DNA from: Candidatus Altiarchaeota archaeon
GTDB lineage: Archaea; Altiarchaeota; Altiarchaeia; IMC4; QMZM01
Assembly (NCBI GenBank): GCA_038891095.1
Contig: JAWAEV010000003.1
Span: forward strand, 31,629 to 95,628
Direction of reading: 5' to 3'
Length of the DNA stretch: 64,000 nucleotides
Position numbers and translations under genes: made by a program. Positions within the stretch are counted from its first letter, which is position 1; each line of letters begins with the position of its first letter. Under the pieces are notes generated by a model. It saw only the letters and a list, made by a program, of their open reading frames with translations. It searched no databases and had not been told where the DNA came from. Positions 18,623 to 28,610 of this stretch are shown here, piece by piece.

Positions 18623-18661
18623 TGGACTAATTTTTCTATATACTCTGCTAAGTGTGATCAA

Positions 18662-19036
18662 TTAATCATAAAATTCAACTTCATCACCTTCTTTAATATC
18701 ATTGCATACTTTTTTATTTCCTAACTCAAGAGCATATTTTGCTTTTTCTTTTGGTTTATAAACTTTCCAAGTTGAAATTTTAAATATAGAAGATGGTGAT
18801 ATAGCTCTCTTTATATTCACAATTTTTCTCTTAGAATTAATCCAAATTACATCAATAGGAAATCTCATAAAAAACATGTGTATTGCTGCAGTATTTATGC
18901 CCTCTCTTGGAAATTTTATCAAGATGTTTCTCTTTTCTGATGAGAACATTAAACCAAGAAATCTTGAGAAAAAATTATCTGCTAGTAGAGCGTCATCACA
19001 TATAATCTTCTTAGCAGTTTTATCAAAAATTTTCAA
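18662..19036 (-). CDS. DUF192 family protein
   Basis: A..F.SR..GLMF, IHMFFMRFPIDVIW, A.Y.LEL. Confidence 0.9.
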   Translation of the reverse strand: MKIFDKTAKKIICDDALLADNFFSRFLGLMFSSEKRNILIKFPREGINTAAIHMFFMRFPIDVIWINSKRKIVNIKRAISPSSIFKISTWKVYKPKEKAKYALELGNKKVCNDIKEGDEVEFYD

Positions 19037-19792
19037 TTAAATTCTGAAAAATGCTTTAATTTTATCGATTAAACTTTCCCTCTCTTTAATTGGTTCTCTG
19101 CCAAGAATTCTAGCAGCAATTTTTTTCAATTCATAGCTTATCCTATGGTTAGGATATTCTAAAACAATAGGATTTTTCTTCTCAATTGATTTTCTAACTC
19201 TATGGTCCTCAGGAATTACTCCTAAAATTGGTAAATCAAAAAATGTTGAAAGATTGTCTTTTTTAATTTCATCATCTCTTGTTACTCTGTTAAGAACTAT
19301 TCCTAAAACATTCTTTGAAAATTTTTTCGCAACAGATTTTGTGCGTAGAGCATCTGAAATTGTGGGAAGCTCAGGATGCGTAACTATAATTAATTCATCA
19401 CACATCTCCATTGCTTTTAATGTTTCTCTATCTAAACCTGTTGCAGCATCAATCAAAATTATATCTTTTCCTAAAGCCTCTAATTTATCTCTCAAATTTT
19501 TTGGTTCTGTCTCAAGAACTTCTTCAAATGATAGTGATGCAGGAACAATATCAACTCCTGATTTGTGCTTATAAACTGCCTCTTTTATTGCTGCTCTATC
19601 CTTTATAACATCATGAATTGATGTTGGATATGAAATCAAACCATAATGTAAACCTAAATTTGCTCCTGTTAAATTTGCATCAACAACAGCAACATCTAAA
19701 CCTTCTTGAGCGAGTAAAACACCTAAATTTGAAACAAGAGTAGTTTTTCCTACACCTCCCTTACCTGAGAAAACACCTATAATTCTTGCCAT
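19037..19792 (-). CDS. minD: MinD/ParA family ATPase
   Basis: SGKGGVGKTT, VDA.L..ANL, IDAATG, GVIPED..VR. Confidence 0.9.
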   Translation of the reverse strand: MARIIGVFSGKGGVGKTTLVSNLGVLLAQEGLDVAVVDANLTGANLGLHYGLISYPTSIHDVIKDRAAIKEAVYKHKSGVDIVPASLSFEEVLETEPKNLRDKLEALGKDIILIDAATGLDRETLKAMEMCDELIIVTHPELPTISDALRTKSVAKKFSKNVLGIVLNRVTRDDEIKKDNLSTFFDLPILGVIPEDHRVRKSIEKKNPIVLEYPNHRISYELKKIAARILGREPIKERESLIDKIKAFFRI

Positions 19793-19833
19793 GTTAGTAT
19801 ATTAGAGTATTAATTTAAAAATCTTTCTCTTAG

Positions 19834-19992
19834 CTATGATGCACCCTTTGCTGTCTTCTTCTTGTGTTTTCTTCTTATTTTACCAACTTTACCGCATTTC
19901 CTACACTTTGTTGCATTTATTGGATTTCTAGCATTGCAATTCATGCAAACTCCTTTAAATAAGCGAACTTCAGCTTCAGGAAACCTTGCCAT
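19834..19992 (-). CDS. rpl40e: 50S ribosomal protein L40e (52 aa)
   Basis: Manual translation [52 protein letters not shown]; not in ORF track. Confidence 0.95.
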   Translation of the reverse strand: MARFPEAEVRLFKGVCMNCNARNPINATKCRKCGKVGKIRRKHKKKTAKGAS

Positions 19993-20050
19993 TTTTACTT
20001 AGAATTTAATAATTGTATTGTAAGTTAAAATTTAAATTTAATACTAAATT

Positions 20051-20064
20051 AAAAAGTTTAATAA
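20051..20064 (+). promoter_or_regulatory. BRE/TATA box of tRNA-iMet
   Basis: AAAAAG-TTTAATAA ending 23 nt before the tRNA 5' end. Confidence 0.55.
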
Positions 20065-20086
20065 CAAATAACATAATAACTATAAA

Positions 20087-20161
20087 AGCGGGGTAGAGCA
20101 GTCAGGAGTGCTCGTCGGGCTCATAACCCGAAGGTCCGTGGTTCAAATCCACGCCCCGCTA
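20087..20161 (+). tRNA. Initiator tRNA-Met(CAT)
   Basis: AGCGGGG...CCCCGCT-A (A1-U72); anticodon arm TCGGG-CT-CAT-AA-CCCGA with three G-C pairs; T loop TTCAAAT. Confidence 0.97.
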
Positions 20162-20964
20162 TTTTGTAACACAAAAAATCCAATTAGGAAACCAACTACT
20201 AAGCCAGTAGCAATAGGCGGTAAAGCAGGTAGTGCGACTTTTTCTCTTTTTAAAATATAAGAAAAAAGCGATAATAAACCTATAAAACCACCAATTAAAG
20301 CAAATAGTGAATGTAATATAGAGAATTCATGCAATATTGAAACTACAAACATTGAAGGAATTGCTAAGTCACCAGTACCAATACTCAAAAATCTTTCTCT
20401 CACTGGAATGGAAAACATTGGCACATTATCTTTTGCTTTTGTTGCAATAGCTACCATATGTTTTGTGAAAAAAACAGCGACAATATCATAAATTGAAAGT
20501 GATAAAAGTAAGAGAAGTGAAGGTATAAAATGTAGTGATGCTCCTAAATAACCACCAATTCCAGCAATTGTTAAAATTAGAATTCCATTTGAAATGATAA
20601 AATTTCTTCTTTTTAGAATGAATAGAGCATATAAGAATATTAAAATGTAAAACCAGATATCTGGAAAAAAACTCCAGAGAGTTATTGACATTCCAGTAAA
20701 AACTGCTAATAACATAAGAAATTTTATAAAACTCCCAAGTTTGAATTTTATTAAAAGTAGTATCACAAATGTTATGAGAATTATATAAAGAAAAATTTCC
20801 CCAGATGTCTCAGCCTTTTCTGGATCTTGAACAGCAGGAGGAATCTCTCCTGAAGAAATTTTTGGCATTAGTGCTAACCCAATATTTAGTGCAATTCCAT
20901 GAACAAGAAAATACATCAGTGTAAGAAAAATTAAAGATTTAAGAATCTCTTTCAATTTTATCAT
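20143..20964 (-). CDS. Presenilin-like (GxGD) intramembrane aspartyl protease
   Basis: Multi-TM; YD..AV..TKHM, IGTGD, LPALP motifs. Confidence 0.92.
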   Translation of the reverse strand: MIKLKEILKSLIFLTLMYFLVHGIALNIGLALMPKISSGEIPPAVQDPEKAETSGEIFLYIILITFVILLLIKFKLGSFIKFLMLLAVFTGMSITLWSFFPDIWFYILIFLYALFILKRRNFIISNGILILTIAGIGGYLGASLHFIPSLLLLLSLSIYDIVAVFFTKHMVAIATKAKDNVPMFSIPVRERFLSIGTGDLAIPSMFVVSILHEFSILHSLFALIGGFIGLLSLFSYILKREKVALPALPPIATGLVVGFLIGFFVLQNSGAWI

Positions 20965-22991
20965 CCCTCAGTAAACATAAATTTACCTTGTTTTGGTTCA
21001 AATATAACCCCCTTTCTTTTAAGCTCTTCAATAAGTCTTTCAGCAGTGAATTTATCTATACCCTTTGCAGAGGCTTCATTTAGAATATCATCATAAGATG
21101 CCGTTTTATCGACGCTTTCATCAATTAAAGATTGAATTATTTCTTCTATACTCCTAACTTTTTCTCTCATTGCTTGTGGGTGCTCGGTTGCAATTCTATC
21201 AATATCTATTCTTCCAGTTTCATCAGTTGCAACTTCTCTCAAGACAAACTCCGTTAGTTTTATTGCCCTTTCTGCATCACTAATTGTAACAATATCAGAA
21301 AGTCTTACTTTTGCTGATGCCTCAGCAAGCCGTATTAGAGCTTCTAACTGTCTTGGAGTTGAACTTACCGTTTCTTTGCTTCTTGACCTTAACTCAACAT
21401 AATAGCTTCCAAGTTTTTCTGCTGCCTCATCAGTAAGAACAGGAAAGATATTTTTTCTAGCATATGCAATATATTTCCTAAATAATTCAGGCTCAATTGC
21501 TGGTTGAATTCCTTCCATATCCTCTTTTTTTCCTTTATGCATTTTGAGTATATGCTCTGCAATTTTTTTGTCCATCTCTTTATCAAGAATATCTCTTATA
21601 GGGAAAATTAGATCAAACCTAGAAACTAATGTTGCTGGGATATCAAACTGCTCATGTAATGGCTTAAATGGATCAAATCTCGAAAATTTTGGATTAGATG
21701 CTGCTAAAACAGAAGTATTTGCTTTAAATCTTGCAACAATTCCAGCTTTTGCTATTGATATTGTTTGCTGTTCTAAAGCTTCATGCATCGCAGCTCTATC
21801 TTCTTTCTCCATTTTATCAAATTCATCAATTGCTGCAATTCCACCACTAGCAAGAACTAATGCACCAGCTTTTAATGTCCATGCACCTTCTGCAAATTCA
21901 TCTTTTTCTGCTGTTGCAGTGAGTCCTGCACCAGTAGTGCCTTTTCCTGTAACATAAATACTTTTTGGAGCAATTTCATTTACATATTGTAAAATTCTTG
22001 ATTTTGCAACGCCTGGATCTCCAATCAGAAGTATGTGGATGTCTGGCCTAACTGATGTTTGATCAGGCAATTTTTTACCTGGTCTGCCACCAAAAAGTTG
22101 TAGTGCTATTGCTTCCTTTATTTCACGATAGCCATAAATTGAAGGAGCAATTGAGTCAATAATCTTATCATGAATTTTAGGATCTTTTGATAATTTTTTT
22201 ATTTCTTTCTCTTCTTCTTCAGAAATTTCAATCTCTTCAAATTCCATTCTAATGGCTTCTATCCAATTGGCTTCTATAAATTTTTGATAAACTGCTCCTC
22301 TCCTTTGTGGTGGCCTCAAGCGAACTATTCCATTTATGATCACATTATCACCTGGCTTAACTAAATCAACAATATCATCTTCAAGCCATATCTCAATTCT
22401 CCTTGCTTCTTCACCACCTCTTAAAAGTTCTAACGGCTCTTGAATCTCTAGTCTTTGAACATCAGTCCACTCAGAATTATCAGGATCAAACCTAAAATCA
22501 CGCTTTCTGCAATTTTTACATTGTAATGGTTCAGAAAGCCATCTTGTTGTTTGAATCTCATAATGCTCTTGTTTACATCTATTGCAAATAAATTTTGCTC
22601 TATAAACCTTCGGTAAAACATCACTGCTTTTATTGACAACACCTTCAACAGCAATAAATTTGTTTACATATTCAGATGTTATATCCCTTACCATGATGGT
22701 ATAACCCTTTTCTTTTGGTAAGTTTTTAAATCTTACATGAAATCTTGGATTTTCAACTAAGGTTTTTATATCTTTCTCAGAAAAATATTTTTCAAAGAGA
22801 GAAATTATCTCATCAGGATTTTTTATAAGTTCATCAGAAAGCTCTGGACTAAAGCTCTCTAACTCTTCATAATCGATAATTAATGATTTTTTTTCTGGAT
22901 AAAGCTCAGCTAATTTATTTATTTCTTTTGATTTTTTCTTCAAAAATTTTTCTATTAACTCTGAAAAGTTTTCATTAGCGTTTTCTTCCAT
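20961..22991 (-). CDS. mcm: Replicative helicase MCM
   Basis: Zinc finger, GDPGVAKS, IDEFDKM, SRFDLIF, PRQLEALIRL, C-terminal wH; intein-free length. Confidence 0.98.
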   Translation of the reverse strand: MEENANENFSELIEKFLKKKSKEINKLAELYPEKKSLIIDYEELESFSPELSDELIKNPDEIISLFEKYFSEKDIKTLVENPRFHVRFKNLPKEKGYTIMVRDITSEYVNKFIAVEGVVNKSSDVLPKVYRAKFICNRCKQEHYEIQTTRWLSEPLQCKNCRKRDFRFDPDNSEWTDVQRLEIQEPLELLRGGEEARRIEIWLEDDIVDLVKPGDNVIINGIVRLRPPQRRGAVYQKFIEANWIEAIRMEFEEIEISEEEEKEIKKLSKDPKIHDKIIDSIAPSIYGYREIKEAIALQLFGGRPGKKLPDQTSVRPDIHILLIGDPGVAKSRILQYVNEIAPKSIYVTGKGTTGAGLTATAEKDEFAEGAWTLKAGALVLASGGIAAIDEFDKMEKEDRAAMHEALEQQTISIAKAGIVARFKANTSVLAASNPKFSRFDPFKPLHEQFDIPATLVSRFDLIFPIRDILDKEMDKKIAEHILKMHKGKKEDMEGIQPAIEPELFRKYIAYARKNIFPVLTDEAAEKLGSYYVELRSRSKETVSSTPRQLEALIRLAEASAKVRLSDIVTISDAERAIKLTEFVLREVATDETGRIDIDRIATEHPQAMREKVRSIEEIIQSLIDESVDKTASYDDILNEASAKGIDKFTAERLIEELKRKGVIFEPKQGKFMFTEG

Positions 22992-23055
22992 CTTAAAAAT
23001 TTAGAGGGTTAATATCTTAGAAAAAAAATTTAAAAGGTGATAAGTTTAATTATGT

Positions 23056-23092
23056 TAGACAATTGTCTATTTAAATTAGGATAATTTAAATA
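23056..23092. promoter_or_regulatory. Two adjacent palindromes (putative operators) between mcm and the HTH regulator
   Basis: TAGACAATTGTCTA (23056-23069, perfect) and TATTTAAATTA-GGA-TAATTTAAATA (23068-23092). Confidence 0.55.
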
Positions 23093-23127
23093 TACAATAA
23101 GAGAAATAAAAAGAAAGATAAATAAAA

Positions 23128-23826
23128 ATGAGTAAAGAACTCTTAGCTAGGTCAATAGCTAGCGAGATTGTACTTTCTAAAAATCCTGGGAATGTTATGA
23201 GAAAGTGGAGAGAAATTCTTGGAATAAAACAAAATCAGATAGCTGCACATCTTGGAATTTCAGCATCTGTAATTTCAGATTATGAAGCAAATAGAAGGTC
23301 TCCTGGTGTGGTATTTGTAAAAAAATTTATCGATGCCCTCATATCCTTGGAAAATAAAAACAGAGTTGAGATGTCCTTTTTTGAAAAATTTTTTTCTGGT
23401 AAAGAGCATGCAATTCTCAGCATTAGAGAATTTCTTGTTCCAATGAAAATTTCAAAGTTTGTAAAAATTGTCAAAGGTAAAGTTCTCTCAAATAATAAAT
23501 TAATTGAGAAGAAGATTTATGGTTATACAGCAATTGATTCAATAAGGGCAATTCTTGAGTTAAATGAGGATGAATTCTCAAAAATTTATGGTTTAAATAC
23601 AGAAAGAGCATTGATATTCACAAAGGTAAAAACAGGTAGATCACCAATGATTGCAATTAAAGTAACTCCTCTGAAGCCAAGTGTTGTTATCTTGCATGGA
23701 TTGTCTTGGAGAGAGGTTGATAAATTAGCAATAAAAATTTCAGAAGTTGAAAAAATTCCATTAGTTGTTTCAACGGAAAAAGATGAAGAATCATTAATAA
23801 AAAACATTAATATGATAGAAAATTAA
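23128..23826 (+). CDS. XRE-type HTH transcriptional regulator (COG1709-like)
   Basis: [44 protein letters not shown]. Confidence 0.9.
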   Translation: MSKELLARSIASEIVLSKNPGNVMRKWREILGIKQNQIAAHLGISASVISDYEANRRSPGVVFVKKFIDALISLENKNRVEMSFFEKFFSGKEHAILSIREFLVPMKISKFVKIVKGKVLSNNKLIEKKIYGYTAIDSIRAILELNEDEFSKIYGLNTERALIFTKVKTGRSPMIAIKVTPLKPSVVILHGLSWREVDKLAIKISEVEKIPLVVSTEKDEESLIKNINMIEN

Positions 23827-23827
23827 A

Positions 23828-24874
23828 ATGAATTCTGGCATAGTTGGTTATGGTTGTTACATACCAAAATATAGAATAAAGGTTGAGGAGATTGCAAGAG
23901 TATGGAATGATAATAGTGAAAAAATTAAAGAATCATTAGAAATTTATGAAAAGTCTGTTCCTGCTATTGATGAAGATTCAGTGACTATCTCAGTTGAAGC
24001 AGCAAGAAATGCTGTTAATCACGCAAAGATAAATCCAAAGGAAATTGGTGCAATTTATTGTGGCTCAGAATCAAAGCCATATGCAGTAAAACCAACTGCT
24101 ACAATTGTTGCTGAAGCCATAGAGGCAACTCCAAATTTAACTGCTGCAGATTTTGAGTTTGCATGCAAAGCTGGAACAGCAGCAATTCAAGCTTGCTTAG
24201 GTTTAGTTGAAAGTAAAATTATAAAATATGGTTTGGCAATTGGTGCTGACACCTCCCAAGGCAGACCAGGAGATGCTTTAGAGTATACAGCATCAGCAGG
24301 AGGAGCAGCATTTATCATAGGTAAGGAAAATTTAATCGCTAAAATTTTAGATACTTTTTCATATACAACAGATACATTAGATTTTTGGCGGAGAGAAGGT
24401 CAGGAGTTCCCATCTCATGGAGCAAGATTCACTGGAACACCAGCATATTTTAAGCATGTAATATCTGCATCAAAACATATAATAGAGAAAAACAGAATGA
24501 AACCACAAGATTTCAAATATGTTGTTTTTCATCAACCAAATGGTGCTTTTCCGATGAAAGCTGCAAAAATTCTTGGTTTTAAGGAAGAGCAACTTAAAAC
24601 AGGTTTACTAACTCCTCTTATAGGTAACACATATTCCGGCTCTAGTTTACTTGGTTTATGTGCAGTTTTAGATGAAGCAATTGAAGATGATCTAATTTTG
24701 ATGACTTCATATGGTTCAGGTGCTGGCTCTGACTCATTTATCATAAAAGTTCTAAAAGAGAATGAGAGAAGGAGAAATAAAAAAACAGTAAAATATTATA
24801 TCCAAAATAAAGAATATCTTGATTATGCTTTATATGCAAAATTTAAAAAGAAAATTAAGAGTTTAGAAAAATGA
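23828..24874 (+). CDS. Hydroxymethylglutaryl-CoA synthase (archaeal)
   Basis: [40 protein letters not shown]. Confidence 0.96.
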   Translation: MNSGIVGYGCYIPKYRIKVEEIARVWNDNSEKIKESLEIYEKSVPAIDEDSVTISVEAARNAVNHAKINPKEIGAIYCGSESKPYAVKPTATIVAEAIEATPNLTAADFEFACKAGTAAIQACLGLVESKIIKYGLAIGADTSQGRPGDALEYTASAGGAAFIIGKENLIAKILDTFSYTTDTLDFWRREGQEFPSHGARFTGTPAYFKHVISASKHIIEKNRMKPQDFKYVVFHQPNGAFPMKAAKILGFKEEQLKTGLLTPLIGNTYSGSSLLGLCAVLDEAIEDDLILMTSYGSGAGSDSFIIKVLKENERRRNKKTVKYYIQNKEYLDYALYAKFKKKIKSLEK

Positions 24875-26025
24875 AAGTTGCTATTGTTGGTGCAGGTATG
24901 ACAAAATTTGGGGAGTTGTGGGAGTACTCATGTAGAGATCTTATCACATTAGCAGGAATAGAGGCAATTCAGAGTGCAGGAATTGAAGGAAAAGATATAC
25001 AAGAAATTTATGGTGGTTCTATGAGCCCAGGCTTATTTGCTGGTCAAGAGCATATATCAGCAATGTTTGCAGATTATGCTGGTTTAAAGGGAATACCATC
25101 AACAAGAGTCGAGGCAGCTTGCGCATCTGGGGGTTTAGCTCTAAGGCAAGCATATCTTTCAATAAAGTCAGGTAGAAATGACTTGGTTATTGCAGGCGGT
25201 GTTGAAAAAATGACAGATGTACCAACACAATCGGCAGTTGTTACTCTCATGGGCGCAGGTGATGAAGAATGGGAATCCTTTCAAGGATTAACTTTCCCTG
25301 GTTTATATGCTCTAATGGCAAGACGCCATATGTTTGAATATGGCACAACAATTGAACAAATGTCTTTAGTTTCAGTAAAAAATCACTACAATGCGAGTTT
25401 GAATGAAAAAGCACAATTTAACTTTAAAGTTACTTTAGATGATGTTATGAATTCACCAATGGTTGCTGATCCTTTAAGGCTTTTACATTGCTCACCAATA
25501 ACTGATGGTGCTGCTGCAGTTGTTTTAGCAAGTGAAAAAAAAGCAAGAGAAATAACTGATACGCCTATATGGATTCTTGGGAGTGGACTTGCAACTGACA
25601 CAATTGCATTACATGACAGAGAAAGCCTTTCTCAGTTAAGATCAGCAAAATTAGCAGCAGAAGTTGCTTATAAAAATGCTGGAATAAAAGCAAAAGATGT
25701 TAGTTTTGCTGAAGTTCATGATTGTTTTGCAATTGCTGAAATTTTAGCTATTGAAGCTTTAGGATTTTGCAAATTTGGAGAAGGTGGAAAATTAACTGAA
25801 GCTGGAGAGACAGCATTAAATGGTTCTATACCAATAAATCCAAGTGGTGGTTTGAAAGCTAAGGGGCATCCTGTTGGTGCTACAGGCATAGCACAAGCAG
25901 TTGAGTGTTTCCTCCAGCTTACAGGAAAGGCAGGAAAACGCCAAATAAAAGATGCAGAAATAGCTCTTGCACAGAATGTTGGCGGGTCAGGAGCAACATG
26001 CGTTGTGCATATATTTAGTAAGTGA
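24871..26025 (+). CDS. Acetoacetyl-CoA thiolase (archaeal)
   Basis: [32 protein letters not shown]; lies between HMGCS and DUF35. Confidence 0.96.
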   Translation: MKVAIVGAGMTKFGELWEYSCRDLITLAGIEAIQSAGIEGKDIQEIYGGSMSPGLFAGQEHISAMFADYAGLKGIPSTRVEAACASGGLALRQAYLSIKSGRNDLVIAGGVEKMTDVPTQSAVVTLMGAGDEEWESFQGLTFPGLYALMARRHMFEYGTTIEQMSLVSVKNHYNASLNEKAQFNFKVTLDDVMNSPMVADPLRLLHCSPITDGAAAVVLASEKKAREITDTPIWILGSGLATDTIALHDRESLSQLRSAKLAAEVAYKNAGIKAKDVSFAEVHDCFAIAEILAIEALGFCKFGEGGKLTEAGETALNGSIPINPSGGLKAKGHPVGATGIAQAVECFLQLTGKAGKRQIKDAEIALAQNVGGSGATCVVHIFSK

Positions 26026-26028
26026 AAA

Positions 26029-26427
26029 ATGGTTAAAGGATTACCATCATATTGGAGGTTAATTCCCCATAGATATAATTTAATTGGCACAGAATGCGAA
26101 AATTGTAAGGAGAAATTTTTTCCTCCAAGAAAGTTATGTCCTAATTGCAGAAGGTTAGGAAAGATTAAGGAATTTAAATTTTCAGGTGAGGGGAAAATTT
26201 ATTCCTATACTATAATTCACTCTCCTCCTGAAGGTTTTGAGTATCTTAAACCATATGTTGTTGCTATTATAAAACTTAATGAAGGACCAATGATAACCTC
26301 CCAAGTAGTTGATTGTAAGCCAGAAGATGTTGCTATAGGCAAAAAAGTGGAAATGGTTTTTCGTAGGATTTCAGCTGCTGGTAAAGAAGGGAGTATAAGA
26401 TATGGATATAAATTTAAGTTATGCTAA
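26029..26427 (+). CDS. DUF35 Zn-ribbon/OB-fold scaffold of the thiolase-HMGCS complex
   Basis: C..C...FFPPR..CP.C, G.IYSYT, I.YGYKF. Confidence 0.95.
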   Translation: MVKGLPSYWRLIPHRYNLIGTECENCKEKFFPPRKLCPNCRRLGKIKEFKFSGEGKIYSYTIIHSPPEGFEYLKPYVVAIIKLNEGPMITSQVVDCKPEDVAIGKKVEMVFRRISAAGKEGSIRYGYKFKLC

Positions 26428-26460
26428 AAGAATGCAATGAACAATTTAACTGAGATATTG

Positions 26461-27618
26461 CTATAAGCCTGCTGCTTTTCTTAGTTCATCAACCATATCT
26501 AATTTTTCCCAAGTAAATTCTGGTTCATCTCTACCAAAGTGTCCATAGCATGCGGTTTTTCTATATATTGGCCTTCTTAGCTTTAATTTTTCAATTATTC
26601 CATTTGGTGTGAAGTCAAAATTTTTCTTTACAATCTCCAAAATTTTTTCTTCCTGAATTTTTGAAGTTTTGAAAGTATCTATAAAAATTGAAATAGGTTC
26701 AGGAACGCCAATAACATAAGCAACTTGTAATAAACATTTTTCTGCAAGACCTGCTGCGACAATATTCTTTGCAACATACCTTGCCATATAAGCTGCTGAG
26801 CGATCAACTTTTGTTGGGTCTTTTCCTGAAAATGCACCACCACCATGAGGAACAGTTCCACCATAGGTATCAACAATTACTTTTCTACCAGTCATTCCAG
26901 TATCAGATTGTGGGCCACCTATCACAAATTTTCCAGTTTCATTTACAAAAAATTTTGTTTTTTTATCAATAAACTCAGAAAGCACAGGCTTTGCAATAAC
27001 TTCTATAATCTCCTCTCTTGCTTTCTTACTAAGCATATCTGTTTTTTTATCGACAACTTCTTCAGTATGCTGGCATGCCAAAACAACATTTTCTACTCGT
27101 ATGTTATTAGCATCATTATACTCAATAGTAACTTGAGATTTACCATCTGGACCGATATAGCTAAGTATATTTTTCTTTCTTACCTCTGCCATCCTTTTTG
27201 TTAATTTATGAGCAAGAACTATTGGTAATGGCATTAATTCTTTTGTTTCATTGCATGCATAACCAATCATCATCCCTTGATCACCTGCTCCGCCTTTATC
27301 AACACCTTTTGCTATGTCTGGAGATTGAGTATGAATTGCATTGAGTATAGCACATGTTTTGTAGTCAAAACCATATTTTTGATCATCATAACCAATATCC
27401 TTTAATAAATTTCTACATATCTTATGTATGTCTGCATATGCATTTGTTGTGATTTCACCACCAATTATCACAAGACCCATTGTTATATATGTTTCACAAG
27501 CAACTCTCCCATATGGATCTTGTCTTAAAATTTCATCTAAAACAGCATCTGAAATCTGGTCGCAAACTTTATCAGGATGTCCTTCAGCAACACTTTCTGA
27601 TGTGATATATCTCTTCAT
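26461..27618 (-). CDS. metK: S-adenosylmethionine synthetase, bacterial/eukaryotic type
   Basis: [55 protein letters not shown]. Confidence 0.97.
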   Translation of the reverse strand: MKRYITSESVAEGHPDKVCDQISDAVLDEILRQDPYGRVACETYITMGLVIIGGEITTNAYADIHKICRNLLKDIGYDDQKYGFDYKTCAILNAIHTQSPDIAKGVDKGGAGDQGMMIGYACNETKELMPLPIVLAHKLTKRMAEVRKKNILSYIGPDGKSQVTIEYNDANNIRVENVVLACQHTEEVVDKKTDMLSKKAREEIIEVIAKPVLSEFIDKKTKFFVNETGKFVIGGPQSDTGMTGRKVIVDTYGGTVPHGGGAFSGKDPTKVDRSAAYMARYVAKNIVAAGLAEKCLLQVAYVIGVPEPISIFIDTFKTSKIQEEKILEIVKKNFDFTPNGIIEKLKLRRPIYRKTACYGHFGRDEPEFTWEKLDMVDELRKAAGL

Positions 27619-27632
27619 TTTAATTTTCTAAA

Positions 27633-28565
27633 TTAATCGGTTATTCCATTGCTTGTTACCTGAAAAACACATTCACCTTCAGGCATTGATGGTGAGTCTA
27701 TAAGCCTAGCAATTCTTTTATCACCTTTACTTTTTCTTAAATAAATTCTATATGTTGCAGTATGCCCAACAACATGTCCTCCAATAGGTTCAGTAGGATC
27801 ACCAAAGAGAATATCAGGTCTTGCCATCACTTGATTTGTTACAACAACTGCTATATTATATGGATCAGCTAATTTTCTGAGAAGTAAATGTAGTAGTCTG
27901 TTCAACTTTTGTTGTCTATCAGCCAATGTTCCTCTGCCAACATATTCTGCTCTAAAGTGAGCAGTTAATGAATCCATAACAACAAGTTTTGTGTTATATT
28001 CCTTTGCTACTTCAGCAGCCTTTTCAACAAGCAAAAATTGATGGTCAGAATTATATGCTCTTGCAATATGCACATTTTTTAGAACCTCTTTTGGATCTAA
28101 GCCAAGATAATTTGCCATGCTCTCTATCCTCTCAGGTCTAAATGTATTCTCAGTATCAATAAAAATTGCACTTCCTTCTAGGCCACCTCTTTTTTTTGGC
28201 AACTGAACATTTACAGAAAGCTGTAGTGCTAATTGTGTTTTTCCAGAGCCATACCTACCAAAAAGTTCTGTTATCGCTTGAGTTTCAATTCCCCCGCCAA
28301 TTAAATTATCTAATTCTTTGCTACCTGTGGTTATCTTTCCCACCTCTTTTCTTCTTTCTAAGTACTCTAAGCCAGTTTCAAAGCGCATCTTCTTAACAAT
28401 TTTTGTTGCAGATTCAATAATTTTTTTTGCATTTGATTCTGAAAGCCCTATATCCTTTAAACTGCCGATTGAAGCTGCTGCTACTGATTCAACTGTTTCA
28501 AAGCCAGCTTCCCTTAGTTTTTCAGCGACTGCTTTTCCAACACCATCAAGCTCTTCTAATTCCAT
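27633..28565 (-). CDS. radA: DNA repair and recombination protein RadA
   Basis: N-terminal HhH, F.TG polymerisation motif, [23 protein letters not shown]. Confidence 0.97.
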   Translation of the reverse strand: MELEELDGVGKAVAEKLREAGFETVESVAAASIGSLKDIGLSESNAKKIIESATKIVKKMRFETGLEYLERRKEVGKITTGSKELDNLIGGGIETQAITELFGRYGSGKTQLALQLSVNVQLPKKRGGLEGSAIFIDTENTFRPERIESMANYLGLDPKEVLKNVHIARAYNSDHQFLLVEKAAEVAKEYNTKLVVMDSLTAHFRAEYVGRGTLADRQQKLNRLLHLLLRKLADPYNIAVVVTNQVMARPDILFGDPTEPIGGHVVGHTATYRIYLRKSKGDKRIARLIDSPSMPEGECVFQVTSNGITD

Positions 28566-28610
28566 TTTTGCTTATATATTGGATAGAGAAATAAAAAGCA
28601 ATAAAAACCG

